38,559 nucleotides of DNA from an uncultured Aestuariivirga sp. GTDB lineage: Bacteria > Pseudomonadota > Alphaproteobacteria > Rhizobiales > Aestuariivirgaceae. Where the stretch lies: assembly GCA_964244805.1 (NCBI GenBank), contig CAXTKN010000002.1:1-38559 (forward strand), read 5' to 3'. The stretch's first letter is position 1; the number at the start of each line of letters is the position of its first letter. The translations under genes and the position numbers were made by a program. The notes below the pieces were generated by a model, which saw only the letters and a program-made list of their open reading frames with translations, was not told the origin of the DNA and searched no databases. This document shows positions 7,975 through 16,798 of the stretch, one piece after another.

Positions 7975-8211
7975 ATGCAAATTGTTCTCGACATAGACAA
8001 GCTGAAACTACGCGCCAAGCAATCTGGCATTCCGCTCAAGGCCATTTGCGCCAAGGCGGGGGTGAGTGTGGCTACCCCTGCTCGCCTGAAAGATGGGCGC
8101 GGCTTGGTGCGCACTCTAACCAAGCTGCATCTGGCTTTGATGCTGCTGGAAGGTGAGCGCCGCGATCATCTGGCCAGCGTGGCTGAACATCAAGAGGGAG
8201 TTACGCTATGA
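7975..8211 (+). CDS. Cro-like HTH regulator
   Basis: LKAICAKAGVSVATPARLK HTH; divergent from the repressor. Confidence 0.75.
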   Translation: MQIVLDIDKLKLRAKQSGIPLKAICAKAGVSVATPARLKDGRGLVRTLTKLHLALMLLEGERRDHLASVAEHQEGVTL

Positions 8212-8504
8212 GCGATGCGGCTCAAATTCAGAAGCGGCGACTATGCTCTGAAAAACGGCGCTGTGAAGTCATGGTCGGCAATGCGCTGATTGATGTGAAT
8301 GAGCGTCAACAGGCTTTGTGTGTGCTGCTGAGTGATGCTGTGATGCCGGTAAAGCTGCATGAGTTTTTGCATATCTGGAATAACAGCAATATCAAATTTG
8401 GCCGCGACCTCGAAGAGCTGCGCGACAAGCTGGCTTTGGCTGGTGCGGAAATCACCTATTACCCCAAGCAAGGCTATGTGTTGGAGGTTGCCGATGCCGA
8501 ATAG
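8208..8504 (+). CDS. Putative winged-helix (OmpR-C-like) DNA-binding protein
   Basis: LRDKL...EI....QGYVL pattern; GAGG RBS; ATGA-coupled to cro. Confidence 0.55.
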   Translation: MSDAAQIQKRRLCSEKRRCEVMVGNALIDVNERQQALCVLLSDAVMPVKLHEFLHIWNNSNIKFGRDLEELRDKLALAGAEITYYPKQGYVLEVADAE

Positions 8505-8829
8505 TGATCCTTTCCGCGCTCTGGCTGCGGCTTGCGTTCCGCTGGTGGTTACGGGTGATGTGCCCAAAAAATATATGGATCGCGCAATTGCAGCAATGCT
8601 TGTGGTTGCAAAGGATGTTAAAGATCGTTCCCACGTCTCTGAAAATTGGTCGGCGGGCGAACAAGCGCTTTTTAATAGCTTCCATGTTGCTCAAGTTCTG
8701 ACCTTGCGCCACCAAGAGGTGCGCGATTTGTTATGGGCGGCGGTGAAAGTGTTTGGGCTTTCGCGCTCGTCGGCATTTACTGATCCTGATCCGCGCAGCA
8801 CAGAAAATTATTGGTGGCAAGACGTATGA
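8494..8829 (+). CDS. Hypothetical protein
   Basis: GGAGG RBS before ATG 8494; ends YWWQDV; coupled to the primase gene. Confidence 0.65.
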   Translation: MPNSDPFRALAAACVPLVVTGDVPKKYMDRAIAAMLVVAKDVKDRSHVSENWSAGEQALFNSFHVAQVLTLRHQEVRDLLWAAVKVFGLSRSSAFTDPDPRSTENYWWQDV

Positions 8830-9920
8830 GCCACGGTGCGCCCATTGCCATTGAAGAAATTGTGCGGCTGCTTTCGGCACGGGCTGAAAGCGTTGTGGCA
8901 ACACTTTATGGCGTGAATGTTAAAGGCCCGCGTGTGATGTTGGGTGATGTGTCGGGCAATCCGGGGCAATCTCTGTCAATCATGATGCGCCATGGTCTTT
9001 CGCGCAATTGTAAACCCGGCGATTGGAAAGATTTTGGCGCGGGCACCCACGGTGATATTCTGAACCTGATTTCATTTGCCAAATATGGCGTGAAAATGTG
9101 CCCTGAAGCCATTGGGTGGGCGCGGCAATTTTTAGGTTTAGATAGTGGTGATTATATCAAGCTGGCGGCGGATCGTCGCCACATGGAAGAAAAAGAAAAG
9201 CAAGCCAAGGCCCGTGCTGATGCTGATGACGTGAAGCGATTGGGCGCTGCCAAGCAAATCTTTTTCTATCAGGCGCAAGCTGATTTGGTGGGAACGCCGG
9301 TTGATGATTATTTGTTCAACCGCGCCATTGATATTCGGAAATTGCCGTCGACCGGTGCGTGTCGCTATGCGCCTGAGATTTTAGATTACGCCACCAAAAC
9401 TATGCGCCCTGCCATGGTGTTGTGCGTCACGGGGCCAGACGGCAAATTTGCCGCTGTGCACCGCACTTATCTGGAATGCGAGCAAGGCGTCTGGCGCGTC
9501 ATCAAGCGGCCAAACCCTAAAGGCGTTTTGAAATCACTGAAATTGTCTTATGGCAATGTGACGGGTGGGCATGTGTCTGTGTCCAAGGGCAAAGCAGATT
9601 GCCCGTTGGGCCGTGCGCCGCAAGGTGATACGGTGTTGATGGCTGAAGGCTATGAAACCGCCTGTTGCTATGCACTGGCTTCGCCTGAACTGCGCGTCAT
9701 CTCAACAGTGAGCCTTGGCAATATGGCCACGGTGGCAATTCCTGCCACGGTCACCACGCGCATACTCGTCAAGGAAAATGGTTTGAAGCGTGAAGGTTTG
9801 TTGGCTTTTGATAAGGCAGTTGAAGCCCACCAAAAACAATGTGGCGATGTGCGGGTGATTGAAACGGAAGCTGGCTTTTCCGACGATAATGATTTTCTGA
9901 TGGATAAGGCGGCGGGCTGA
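8826..9920 (+). CDS. Phage primase (Toprim domain)
   Basis: WKDFG...GDILNLI N-terminal region, AVHRTYL, and Toprim motif AEGYETA...END/DDND. Confidence 0.85.
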   Translation: MSHGAPIAIEEIVRLLSARAESVVATLYGVNVKGPRVMLGDVSGNPGQSLSIMMRHGLSRNCKPGDWKDFGAGTHGDILNLISFAKYGVKMCPEAIGWARQFLGLDSGDYIKLAADRRHMEEKEKQAKARADADDVKRLGAAKQIFFYQAQADLVGTPVDDYLFNRAIDIRKLPSTGACRYAPEILDYATKTMRPAMVLCVTGPDGKFAAVHRTYLECEQGVWRVIKRPNPKGVLKSLKLSYGNVTGGHVSVSKGKADCPLGRAPQGDTVLMAEGYETACCYALASPELRVISTVSLGNMATVAIPATVTTRILVKENGLKREGLLAFDKAVEAHQKQCGDVRVIETEAGFSDDNDFLMDKAAG

Positions 9921-11914
9921 TGACGGAGGATGTGGGGGATGGTGGCGATGGTGGCAAGATTAAAAAGCTGCGCAAGAAAATTGAAGGCGCTAAGGTGGTT
10001 CCGATTAGAGCGTCTGCAATGGGCGCTGCTTCTGGCATGGGTGGTGGCAATGCTGTGGCTGATGATGTTGGCTTACCCGATCACGGTTCCATACCTTTAG
10101 GCGATGATGCTCCGCCGCCGCATGATGGCGATGACACCAATGAATATGGCTTGCCCAAAGGCTGCCCCGTTATTCCTTTGGGCAAACGCGGTTCTACTTA
10201 TTTTTATCTGAACCCGCTGCGTGAGCTGGTTCCACTCTCATTCAAGGATCATTCGCAAACTGGAATGCGGGCGCTGTTCTCGCCAAAGACTGGCTTGCTC
10301 TATGATTATTGGCCGCAACGCAAGGAATTTACCCTCAAAGACAAAGAGGGAAAAATCGTCGGCTATGAGTGGCGCACCACGGGCTTTAAAGTGGCAGACG
10401 GCATGGAAGCTTTGATGAATGCCTGTTCGCGGCTTGGCGTGTGGAAATCACTCGACCGTGTGCGCGGGCCGGGTGGTTGGCTGGATGAAGCCACGGGCGG
10501 CTTGGTGTTTCATTGTGGTGATAAGCTTTGGTCGGTTGACGAAAACGGCAATATATCCTTGCGCGATCCGGGCCGCTTTGATGGCTTTGTTTATACGGCT
10601 GATACGGCTTTGATCCGGCCTTATGATATTCCAGTGGACGGCGGCGAACATGGCCCTGCCCGCGAATTGATTGATCTGTTTCGCACATGGCGCATGGCAA
10701 GGCCTTTGATTGATGGCTGGTTGCTGCTTGGTCAAGCGCTGGCTGGTATGGTGGGCGGTGCGCTGGATTGGCGACCGATGATCTTTATCACGGGTGATGC
10801 TGAAACCGGAAAATCCACACTGCAAAATGTGCTGCGGCTTTTGCACGGGCCTGAAGGCATGATCAAGAGCGCCAATGCCACCGAGGCTTCGCTATCATCT
10901 GCAATCGGCATGAGCTGCCTTCCTGTTTCAGTGGATGAACTTGAAAATGAAGTCGATAATGAACGGGCGCAAAATGTGATCAAGCTGGCGCGTCTGGCCT
11001 CATCGGGTGATTTGCGCTTGCGCGGCTCACAAAACCATGAGGTTCATGCCAGCCGCGCTTTGAGCTGCTTCATCTTTTCGGCAATCATCATGCCGCCCAT
11101 GCCTTCACAAGATCGGCGGCGCACGGCCATTATCCGGCTTGATCCGCATTTGAAGGGCACAACAAGCCCCGTGATCGTGCCAAAATATTTTCATGAGCTG
11201 GGATCAAAATTAAAGCGCCGCTTGGCAGATCAATGGCACAGATATGGCCATATCAAAAAGATTTACCGCGCCATGCTGGCTCGTGCTGGCCATTCATCGG
11301 GTGCGCTTGATCAATATGGCACCATGATGGCGCTGGCGCATATGGCGCTGCATGATGACGATCCAGAAGATGCCATGCTGCTTGAATTTGAGTTGCTGTT
11401 TGCGGCTTCTACCTTCCGCGAAACCTCAGATAGTCGTTCCAATGCGCAAAGCTGCCTGGACGAATTGTGCCAAGCGCAACCCGAACAATATCGCGGCACC
11501 ATGCGCAAATCTGTGGCGCGGCTGGTCTCTGATATTGTGAATGATAAAAAAGGCCTGTTGTTGGAAGGCTTTGATGATGCCCCTGCGAGTGGCGACGAGG
11601 ATCCTTTGCGCTTGCGCCGTGAAGCGCTCGCGGCCACTGGTCTTGCCGTGATCAAATCGAAAGACGGGCTTTATTATCTGGCCGTGCCGCATGCACATAG
11701 ACAAGTGGCTGAGTTGTTCAAAAACAGCAATTGGAAAGGTATTTCCGGCACCAGCGGCGGCTGGGTGGAAGCCTTGTCTCGGTTGCAAGGTGTGAAATCC
11801 GATTGTCCTACACGCATTGATAACCGTGTCACCAAATGTCTGCATGTGCCGGTGAGCTTGGTTGTTACTGAAGTTGAAAAAGAAGCAAAGCAAGAGGAGA
11901 AGAATAATGCATGA
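9920..11914 (+). CDS. Replicative helicase / P-loop NTPase (SF3-like)
   Basis: Walker A GDAETGKS and Walker B VSVDELE; directly follows the primase. Confidence 0.8.
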   Translation: MTEDVGDGGDGGKIKKLRKKIEGAKVVPIRASAMGAASGMGGGNAVADDVGLPDHGSIPLGDDAPPPHDGDDTNEYGLPKGCPVIPLGKRGSTYFYLNPLRELVPLSFKDHSQTGMRALFSPKTGLLYDYWPQRKEFTLKDKEGKIVGYEWRTTGFKVADGMEALMNACSRLGVWKSLDRVRGPGGWLDEATGGLVFHCGDKLWSVDENGNISLRDPGRFDGFVYTADTALIRPYDIPVDGGEHGPARELIDLFRTWRMARPLIDGWLLLGQALAGMVGGALDWRPMIFITGDAETGKSTLQNVLRLLHGPEGMIKSANATEASLSSAIGMSCLPVSVDELENEVDNERAQNVIKLARLASSGDLRLRGSQNHEVHASRALSCFIFSAIIMPPMPSQDRRRTAIIRLDPHLKGTTSPVIVPKYFHELGSKLKRRLADQWHRYGHIKKIYRAMLARAGHSSGALDQYGTMMALAHMALHDDDPEDAMLLEFELLFAASTFRETSDSRSNAQSCLDELCQAQPEQYRGTMRKSVARLVSDIVNDKKGLLLEGFDDAPASGDEDPLRLRREALAATGLAVIKSKDGLYYLAVPHAHRQVAELFKNSNWKGISGTSGGWVEALSRLQGVKSDCPTRIDNRVTKCLHVPVSLVVTEVEKEAKQEEKNNA

Positions 11915-12431
11915 TCCCAACACACTGGCTTTTTCGGTCGGTGGCTTTTTAGAAATATGGCATATTGATCCGTGCACGGGTGGTGATGATGATAGTGCGG
12001 GTTGGTTTTCGCCTAGAATAAAAGCTGATGATCTGAAAAATATTGAGGCTTTAATTAAGGGTGATCTTGAAAGCAATCTCACAGACAAATCCAATTTAGA
12101 AATTATTTTGTGGATATGGAAGCGTGTGAAATGGCGCAAATGGCACAAGACATCTGTGTTGAATGCGTCTGAAATCTCTTACGCAATTGAACTCGCCGCC
12201 AATACTGTCGACAATCTTGATGGCCCTATTAAATCGGCTCGAAAAATAGATGCGCGCAATCCTGAACGGCAATGGGAATGGCTGGTCGGTTGTATCTATA
12301 AAGCCGTTTTGCGTCATCATCGCAAATGGTGGCAGCATCCAAGGTGGCAGTTCTGGCGCTGGCAAATAAAAATAACAAAACCATTTCGTCTGAAGTTTGG
12401 TCGCCGATTTGGTGATGCATATTTTGATTGA
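11910..12431 (+). CDS. Trp-rich hypothetical phage protein
   Basis: MHDPNTLAF...IWHIDP..GDDDSAGWF...WWQHPRW; GGAG RBS. Confidence 0.7.
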   Translation, partial: HDPNTLAFSVGGFLEIWHIDPCTGGDDDSAGWFSPRIKADDLKNIEALIKGDLESNLTDKSNLEIILWIWKRVKWRKWHKTSVLNASEISYAIELAANTVDNLDGPIKSARKIDARNPERQWEWLVGCIYKAVLRHHRKWWQHPRWQFWRWQIKITKPFRLKFGRRFGDAYFD

Positions 12432-12474
12432 TCAAAAAAAGTTTCATTCCATAAATTACTAAAAGGAAAATATC

Positions 12475-12744
12475 ATGGCTCAACAAGTTAAAACCAGCAC
12501 TGGCTCGCATGGCCAACTCAAAGCCATTGTCGAGCGCATTGAACGCATGGAGGAAGAAAAGAAAACCATCATTGCCGACATCAAGGAAATTTACGCCGAA
12601 GCCAAGGGCAACGGCTTTGATATTAAGATTTTGCGCAAGGTGATTTCACTGCGCAAAAAAGAAGCCAGCGAACGCCAAGAGGAAGAAAGCTTGGTTGATG
12701 TGTATCTGACAGCACTTGGTATGGTGCCACAAGATGAAGCCTGA
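12475..12744 (+). CDS. gapR: GapR-like (DUF2312/UPF0335) nucleoid-associated protein
   Basis: [48 protein letters not shown], the signature of the family. Confidence 0.92.
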   Translation: MAQQVKTSTGSHGQLKAIVERIERMEEEKKTIIADIKEIYAEAKGNGFDIKILRKVISLRKKEASERQEEESLVDVYLTALGMVPQDEA

Positions 12745-12913
12745 GTGTTCAACGTGCAAATTCTTTGTGCCGCGCGATGGTTCAGATGGCAACACTTGCC
12801 GTCGTTTTCCACCCGCTGCCTCACAGCTTCATGCGACATATAGAGGTGATTGGCCAGTTGTAAATAGTAGGGATTGGTGCGGCGAATATCAATCAAAAGA
12901 CATTATCCCATGA
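12734..12913 (+). CDS. Small Cys-rich phage protein
   Basis: CSTCKFF...CRRFPP...WPVV...DWCGEY. Confidence 0.7.
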   Translation: MKPECSTCKFFVPRDGSDGNTCRRFPPAASQLHATYRGDWPVVNSRDWCGEYQSKDIIP

Positions 12914-13188
12914 TCAACCGCATCATTTATATTGGCACTTACAAAGAAGCTGCGATATTTGCGCGTAATAACGGTTTTGGTTTTGAAAGATTGCGTATTG
13001 AGGGTAAGCCGCATGTTATTGTTGCCAACGACGAAAATACAAAGGGCCACAGTCGTAAAACTACGCTTTACCTGACGCCTGATCATCGCAATCTTGATGA
13101 AGGCGAGTTGCAAATATTGAATGCATGCCTCTGTCGTTTTGAGAAATACACTGGCGCTGAAGTGTGCTTAGTGTCCGAGGAAGATTAA
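12910..13188 (+). CDS. Hypothetical protein
   Basis: ATGA-coupled to the previous gene. Confidence 0.55.
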   Translation: MINRIIYIGTYKEAAIFARNNGFGFERLRIEGKPHVIVANDENTKGHSRKTTLYLTPDHRNLDEGELQILNACLCRFEKYTGAEVCLVSEED

Positions 13189-13192
13189 TCTA

Positions 13193-13420
13193 ATGATCAA
13201 CCGCGCCCTGCCCGCAATCCTTCACGTGAACTTTGACGGCGTGGATCATTTCATTCCGCATGAAGTTGAAGTCGTGTGCTATGAGGATTTGCAGTTTATG
13301 GAATATGTGGTGCGCATTGGTGGGGTGGAGCGTTACCGCATATCGAAATACAAAGTTCAGAGCGAATATGTTGCTCGCAAATCAATGCACACATTTCCAT
13401 TTCGAACGGTGCTAGCATGA
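13193..13420 (+). CDS. Hypothetical protein
   Basis: GAGGA RBS; operon context. Confidence 0.55.
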   Translation: MINRALPAILHVNFDGVDHFIPHEVEVVCYEDLQFMEYVVRIGGVERYRISKYKVQSEYVARKSMHTFPFRTVLA

Positions 13421-13665
13421 AACTGAAATGCATCGTTCCATTTTGCGCTAATGCCCGCAATGTCACCTCTGAAGAGGAAGAATTTATTTGTGATGCACAC
13501 TACAAAAACATTCCGTGGCGCATGCGCCATCGCTATGAGCAGGCGCATAAGGCATATAAGGTGGTTTGCGTCGAAGATAGATATGGCAATAAATTGAAAA
13601 TTTATGAAGAAGTGCGAAACACTTTTGATTTGTGCGTCAGAGCGGCTTGCGCTGCTGCGCTATAG
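13417..13665 (+). CDS. Hypothetical protein (C/C/C/H Zn-binding-like)
   Basis: CIVPFC...FICDAHY; ATGA-coupled. Confidence 0.6.
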   Translation: MKLKCIVPFCANARNVTSEEEEFICDAHYKNIPWRMRHRYEQAHKAYKVVCVEDRYGNKLKIYEEVRNTFDLCVRAACAAAL

Positions 13666-13888
13666 CTATAGCTGCGGCATTAGCTTCTATTGCTGCAATG
13701 CGCCTGTGCATGGGGTGTGATGGCAATCGAATGTCAATCTGCTTGTGAATGTAAAGAACACTGCGCCATTGATAGCCAATGGTGAGAAATCCATCTGATA
13801 CACTTTGAATTTCACGTCCGAAAAGTTGGGCAAGAGCCATTTTCCAGCGCGGCGTGGCAAGAAATTTTATATCAATGTTAAAAACCAT
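13637..13888 (-). CDS. Hypothetical protein
   Basis: AGGAG RBS upstream; convergent with the early right operon. Confidence 0.45.
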   Translation of the reverse strand: MVFNIDIKFLATPRWKMALAQLFGREIQSVSDGFLTIGYQWRSVLYIHKQIDIRLPSHPMHRRIAAIEANAAAIAIAQQRKPL

Positions 13889-14008
13889 CTTCACTTCTCC
13901 TGTGGCCAATCGCGTGGCCGGTAGCCTTCGAGGTAAGCTTGCAGCAACCGGCGCGTGGTTTTTATAACAGATCCAACACTATTAGACCTGTTATAAGTGG
14001 GAATTGCG

Positions 14009-14893
14009 TTATTGAGGATTTTGCACTTGAATTTGTGCGTTATCAATTCTCGTCCAATCCAACACTGTGTCGGGCAGGAAGATGGTGCGGGCCACCAAGC
14101 TGCCCACTCTTGCGGCTTTGGCGGTTTTGGCTCCGCGCACTCGCCTGATGGCGTGGCCCCATAGACTGCCACTCCATGCTGTGCCTTCAAAAATATGGGT
14201 GATAGCTGGATGGCGGCGCACGAGATAAAATCCCTCACCCTCATCGGCAATCAACACACCAAATTTGCGCAAGGCTTCGAGAATGGCACCTTGGCCACCA
14301 ATGGCCTCTTCAATCGCTCCTCTGAATGAAAGCTCATCACTGAACTCTGCATCCAAGAGGTGTTCGAGGCACGCCCGTGCATCCACCTCATCGCTTGGTT
14401 GGCCAATTGGTGGGGTTGGTGGCGTGGGAAAGCCAAGGCTATGCCACAGGCTTTTGGCGCGTTCCTGCCCAAACAGCATTCGGGCTTCGCGCACCATCTG
14501 CATCTTAAGGCTGAGGGCCGATATGGTTTCGGCGGTCACCTCAAATTCTGGCGCTGACGTGCTGTAGCTACCTTCGCGGCGCAGCTTTGGAAGCACCTCA
14601 TGGGCCAGCCAGCGCTTGAAACGCTCGGCCTCCGGCTTGCGGCTGGTGAAGATCAGCCGGAAAACGCCGGGTTCCGAGACGATATTGTGAGTTGGATTGC
14701 CCCCTTTTGGGGAAGTACCCTCAGTAATGTTTAGGGTACTCACCTCATCCTGGTCTAATCTGCCCACTGCAACAGTTGGATTTGAGTGTCCGAGGGCCTT
14801 GCACACGTCAACAGCCACAAACCAAGGCTCTTGATCGCGTAGAATGCTGCGCACCAAATGGTCTTCAAAGATATGGGGAACCAGGGCGTTCAT
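14009..14893 (-). CDS. BRO-N-domain antirepressor
   Basis: EPWFVAVDVCKALG...IVSEPGVFRLIFTSRKPEAERFKRWLAHEVLPKLRREGSY, a BRO-N domain. Confidence 0.9.
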   Translation of the reverse strand: MNALVPHIFEDHLVRSILRDQEPWFVAVDVCKALGHSNPTVAVGRLDQDEVSTLNITEGTSPKGGNPTHNIVSEPGVFRLIFTSRKPEAERFKRWLAHEVLPKLRREGSYSTSAPEFEVTAETISALSLKMQMVREARMLFGQERAKSLWHSLGFPTPPTPPIGQPSDEVDARACLEHLLDAEFSDELSFRGAIEEAIGGQGAILEALRKFGVLIADEGEGFYLVRRHPAITHIFEGTAWSGSLWGHAIRRVRGAKTAKAARVGSLVARTIFLPDTVLDWTRIDNAQIQVQNPQ

Positions 14894-15141
14894 GATTGCA
14901 CCGCCGCGCCGCAATGGCTTTGGCTATTGCTTTGCTTGGCTGCTTGCCAATGCTGAAAGCAACGGCTGCGATGATTATAGATGCGGCGTAAGGTCGTGTC
15001 GATCACGCCTTTGCCCAATGCGGAATAGCGCATGGTTTGAGCCTCTGCGCCATATTGATGTTGCAATTCGGCATTCCAGATTTCATCGGCCAGCAAATAG
15101 GTGGCAAGTGCCTCTTGTTCGTAATGATGGTGGTTTTGCAT
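14890..15141 (-). CDS. Small leader protein translationally coupled to the antirepressor (icd-like position)
   Basis: Its RBS (AGAGG) overlaps the C4 target b2. Its TGA overlaps the antirepressor ATG. Confidence 0.65.
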   Translation of the reverse strand: MQNHHHYEQEALATYLLADEIWNAELQHQYGAEAQTMRYSALGKGVIDTTLRRIYNHRSRCFQHWQAAKQSNSQSHCGAAVQS

Positions 15142-15199
15142 ATTGGTAACCTCTTTGAGCGGGTCACCACCAGTCTCCGCATTTTCTAGATGCGTCTGG

Positions 15200-15289
15200 T
15201 GATGGGGGTTAGAAACCGCATACTGCCAAAGAGAACAGCTGTGTGGCGGACTGCTTAGGCTTTCGCCCTATCCGTCGCACCCCCACCAT
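15200..15289 (-). ncRNA. C4-type antisense RNA (P1 c4 / P4 CI-like)
   Basis: Closing stem UGGUGGGGG/CCCCCAUCA, GAAA-tetraloop arm, loop CUCUUUG and single-stranded GGUUUCUA. These are complementary to CAAAGAG and (C)UAGAAA targets both upstream and downstream. Confidence 0.8.
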
Positions 15290-15297
15290 AAAGACAT

Positions 15298-15397
15298 AAA
15301 AAAAACCGCAATGTCTTTCGGGGCGGGCTTCCGCTCTTTGTATCTCTGTGGTTTCTAGCCACGCCCGCAAATTGAATGCTTCGTTTTCGAATGTCAA
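15298..15397 (-). promoter_or_regulatory. immI-like promoter, a1/b1 target leader and terminator
   Basis: TTGACA (15392-15397, minus), hairpin GTGG-CTAGAAA-CCAC (15348-15362), CAAAGAG (15334-15340), and CCGC..GCGG followed by U8 (15298-15326). Confidence 0.7.
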
Positions 15398-15480
15398 CAC
15401 GCAAATTGGAAATATTGCAAGCGCAATTATGCTGATAACTTCAAGATTTTAACGCATTCGCAATCATGGTATGATCGGCC

Positions 15481-15801
15481 ATGGCTTCGTTTTCTCGAAT
15501 ATATTACGGGATGATTGATCACCAAGTGACAAATCGCGACATTTGGATCGTGATTATTATGTTGTGCCTGATCAGTTTTAATCCCGACATCAATCCAGCT
15601 TACTGGATTTATGACGCAGTCACCCATACCCAGCGCTTTCATGGTGTGGCTTGCTCTGGTGATTGCAGCGGCCACAAAGCGGGTTATGCATGGGCTGAAG
15701 CCAACAATGACGAGGATATGGACGCTTGCGAAAACCCATCAAAAAGCTTTCAGGAAGGTTGCTTGATCTACTTCCGAGAACTTTCTAGTCCATCTGATTA
15801 A
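15481..15801 (+). CDS. Membrane-anchored Cys-rich hypothetical protein (moron-like)
   Basis: One hydrophobic segment followed by CSGDCSGHKAGYAWAE...C...SFQEGC. Confidence 0.65.
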   Translation: MASFSRIYYGMIDHQVTNRDIWIVIIMLCLISFNPDINPAYWIYDAVTHTQRFHGVACSGDCSGHKAGYAWAEANNDEDMDACENPSKSFQEGCLIYFRELSSPSD

Positions 15802-15948
15802 CCCCTGATTTATAAGCCTTGATTGAAACAATGTGGCGGAACGCCGCATTCTCTTTTCTCTCATTCTAGCGAGCGCTACCACCCCAACCCTTACCCATTC
15901 CCTAACCCCTTTTGATCAGTCAGTTGTCCGAAAAATCCGGTTTAAGGG

Positions 15949-16208
15949 TGTAACTCATGTAACGTTCTGTAACCACCTTGTAACTACATATAAACCTATG
16001 ATTGTGTTGATGAAAATAGAATGTAACGAGTGTAACCGCATTCGGGCATCACCTATAGCGCGGGTGCGCACACTCGCGGGCGCGCATCTATAGATCACGT
16101 TACAGTGGTTACAGAGTTACAAACATAATAGAACATATATTTCATCAATGATTTCAATATTCTATTCTGTGGCTGCTGTGTAACTTTGGTTGTAACTTTG
16201 GTGTTACA
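15949..16208. repeat. Putative replication origin with TGTAAC/GTTACA iterons
   Basis: 12 copies of the hexamer in direct and inverted orientation around a GC-rich CTATAG...CTATAG core, plus a TTGATGAAA/TTTCATCAA inverted pair. Confidence 0.65.
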
Positions 16209-16229
16209 TGCAAAATCTGCATTGCTCCA

Positions 16230-16260
16230 CTTGACAAATCACCATGCGCAATGGTGCTCA
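16230..16260 (+). promoter_or_regulatory. Late (packaging) promoter element CTTGACAAATCAC overlapped by palindrome TGCGCA-ATGG-TGCTCA
   Basis: Repeated motifs located 30-60 bp upstream of terS. Confidence 0.6.
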
Positions 16261-16291
16261 TAGCGGCTGCTGAATAAACAATTGGGTTTAA

Positions 16292-16798
16292 ATGGACGCC
16301 ACCTCTTCGCAAGCTCTTAACCGTGCACTCATCGCTCCGCCTGTCGGTGAAGTGGGTGCGGTTCAGCTTGGCTTGCTGGGTGATGATGGCGCAAAACCCA
16401 CCTTGCAGAGACAGGCGAGCGCTCCGGCGGCAAATGGTGCCGGGCGTCCTGCGGGGTCGGTTAATAAATTTCAGAAGGATTTGGTGAAGCTGGTCACCCA
16501 TAAGCTCGGTCGTCATCCGATTGAGGAAATGGTGAACCTGTACCAATTGCCGCTCGAGAAGCTGGGCCTTGAGTTTGGCACCACGACCAGCAAGGCCGGA
16601 GCGATCAAGGAACGGCTTTTGGCCAAGCTGGTTGAACACACCACGCCAAAGGTCGCGCAGATCAACGTCAACCAACAATCGCGGGTTCAGGTGATCTTTG
16701 GTGACCTTGGTGCGGATTTTGACGCTGAGTTTGATGATGATGACGTGATCGACGTTGCATCCAATGAAAACAATGACTTAGCCGGAGGTGAAGGCTGA
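16292..16798 (+). CDS. terS: Terminase small subunit (putative)
   Basis: GRPAGSVNK motif, acidic tail, and position upstream of terL. Confidence 0.75.
   Translation: MDATSSQALNRALIAPPVGEVGAVQLGLLGDDGAKPTLQRQASAPAANGAGRPAGSVNKFQKDLVKLVTHKLGRHPIEEMVNLYQLPLEKLGLEFGTTTSKAGAIKERLLAKLVEHTTPKVAQINVNQQSRVQVIFGDLGADFDAEFDDDDVIDVASNENNDLAGGEG

Noticed and set aside
15209-15400. 63-aa minus-strand ORF over the C4 region
   Set aside because: It starts upstream of the predicted promoter and spans the RNA structures; the RNA interpretation explains the sequence better.
15142-15480. LexA (GTTC-N7-GTTC) box controlling the antirepressor
   Set aside because: No match found by eye on either strand.
15906-15919. 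TTTTGATCAG as a partner for the internal att-like core
   Set aside because: It matches only one half plus the overlap, and there is no left core half or nearby GTTAGAC arm.
15949-16208. Possible CRISPR array
   Set aside because: Repeats are only 6 bp, in mixed orientation and irregularly spaced, and no cas genes are present.
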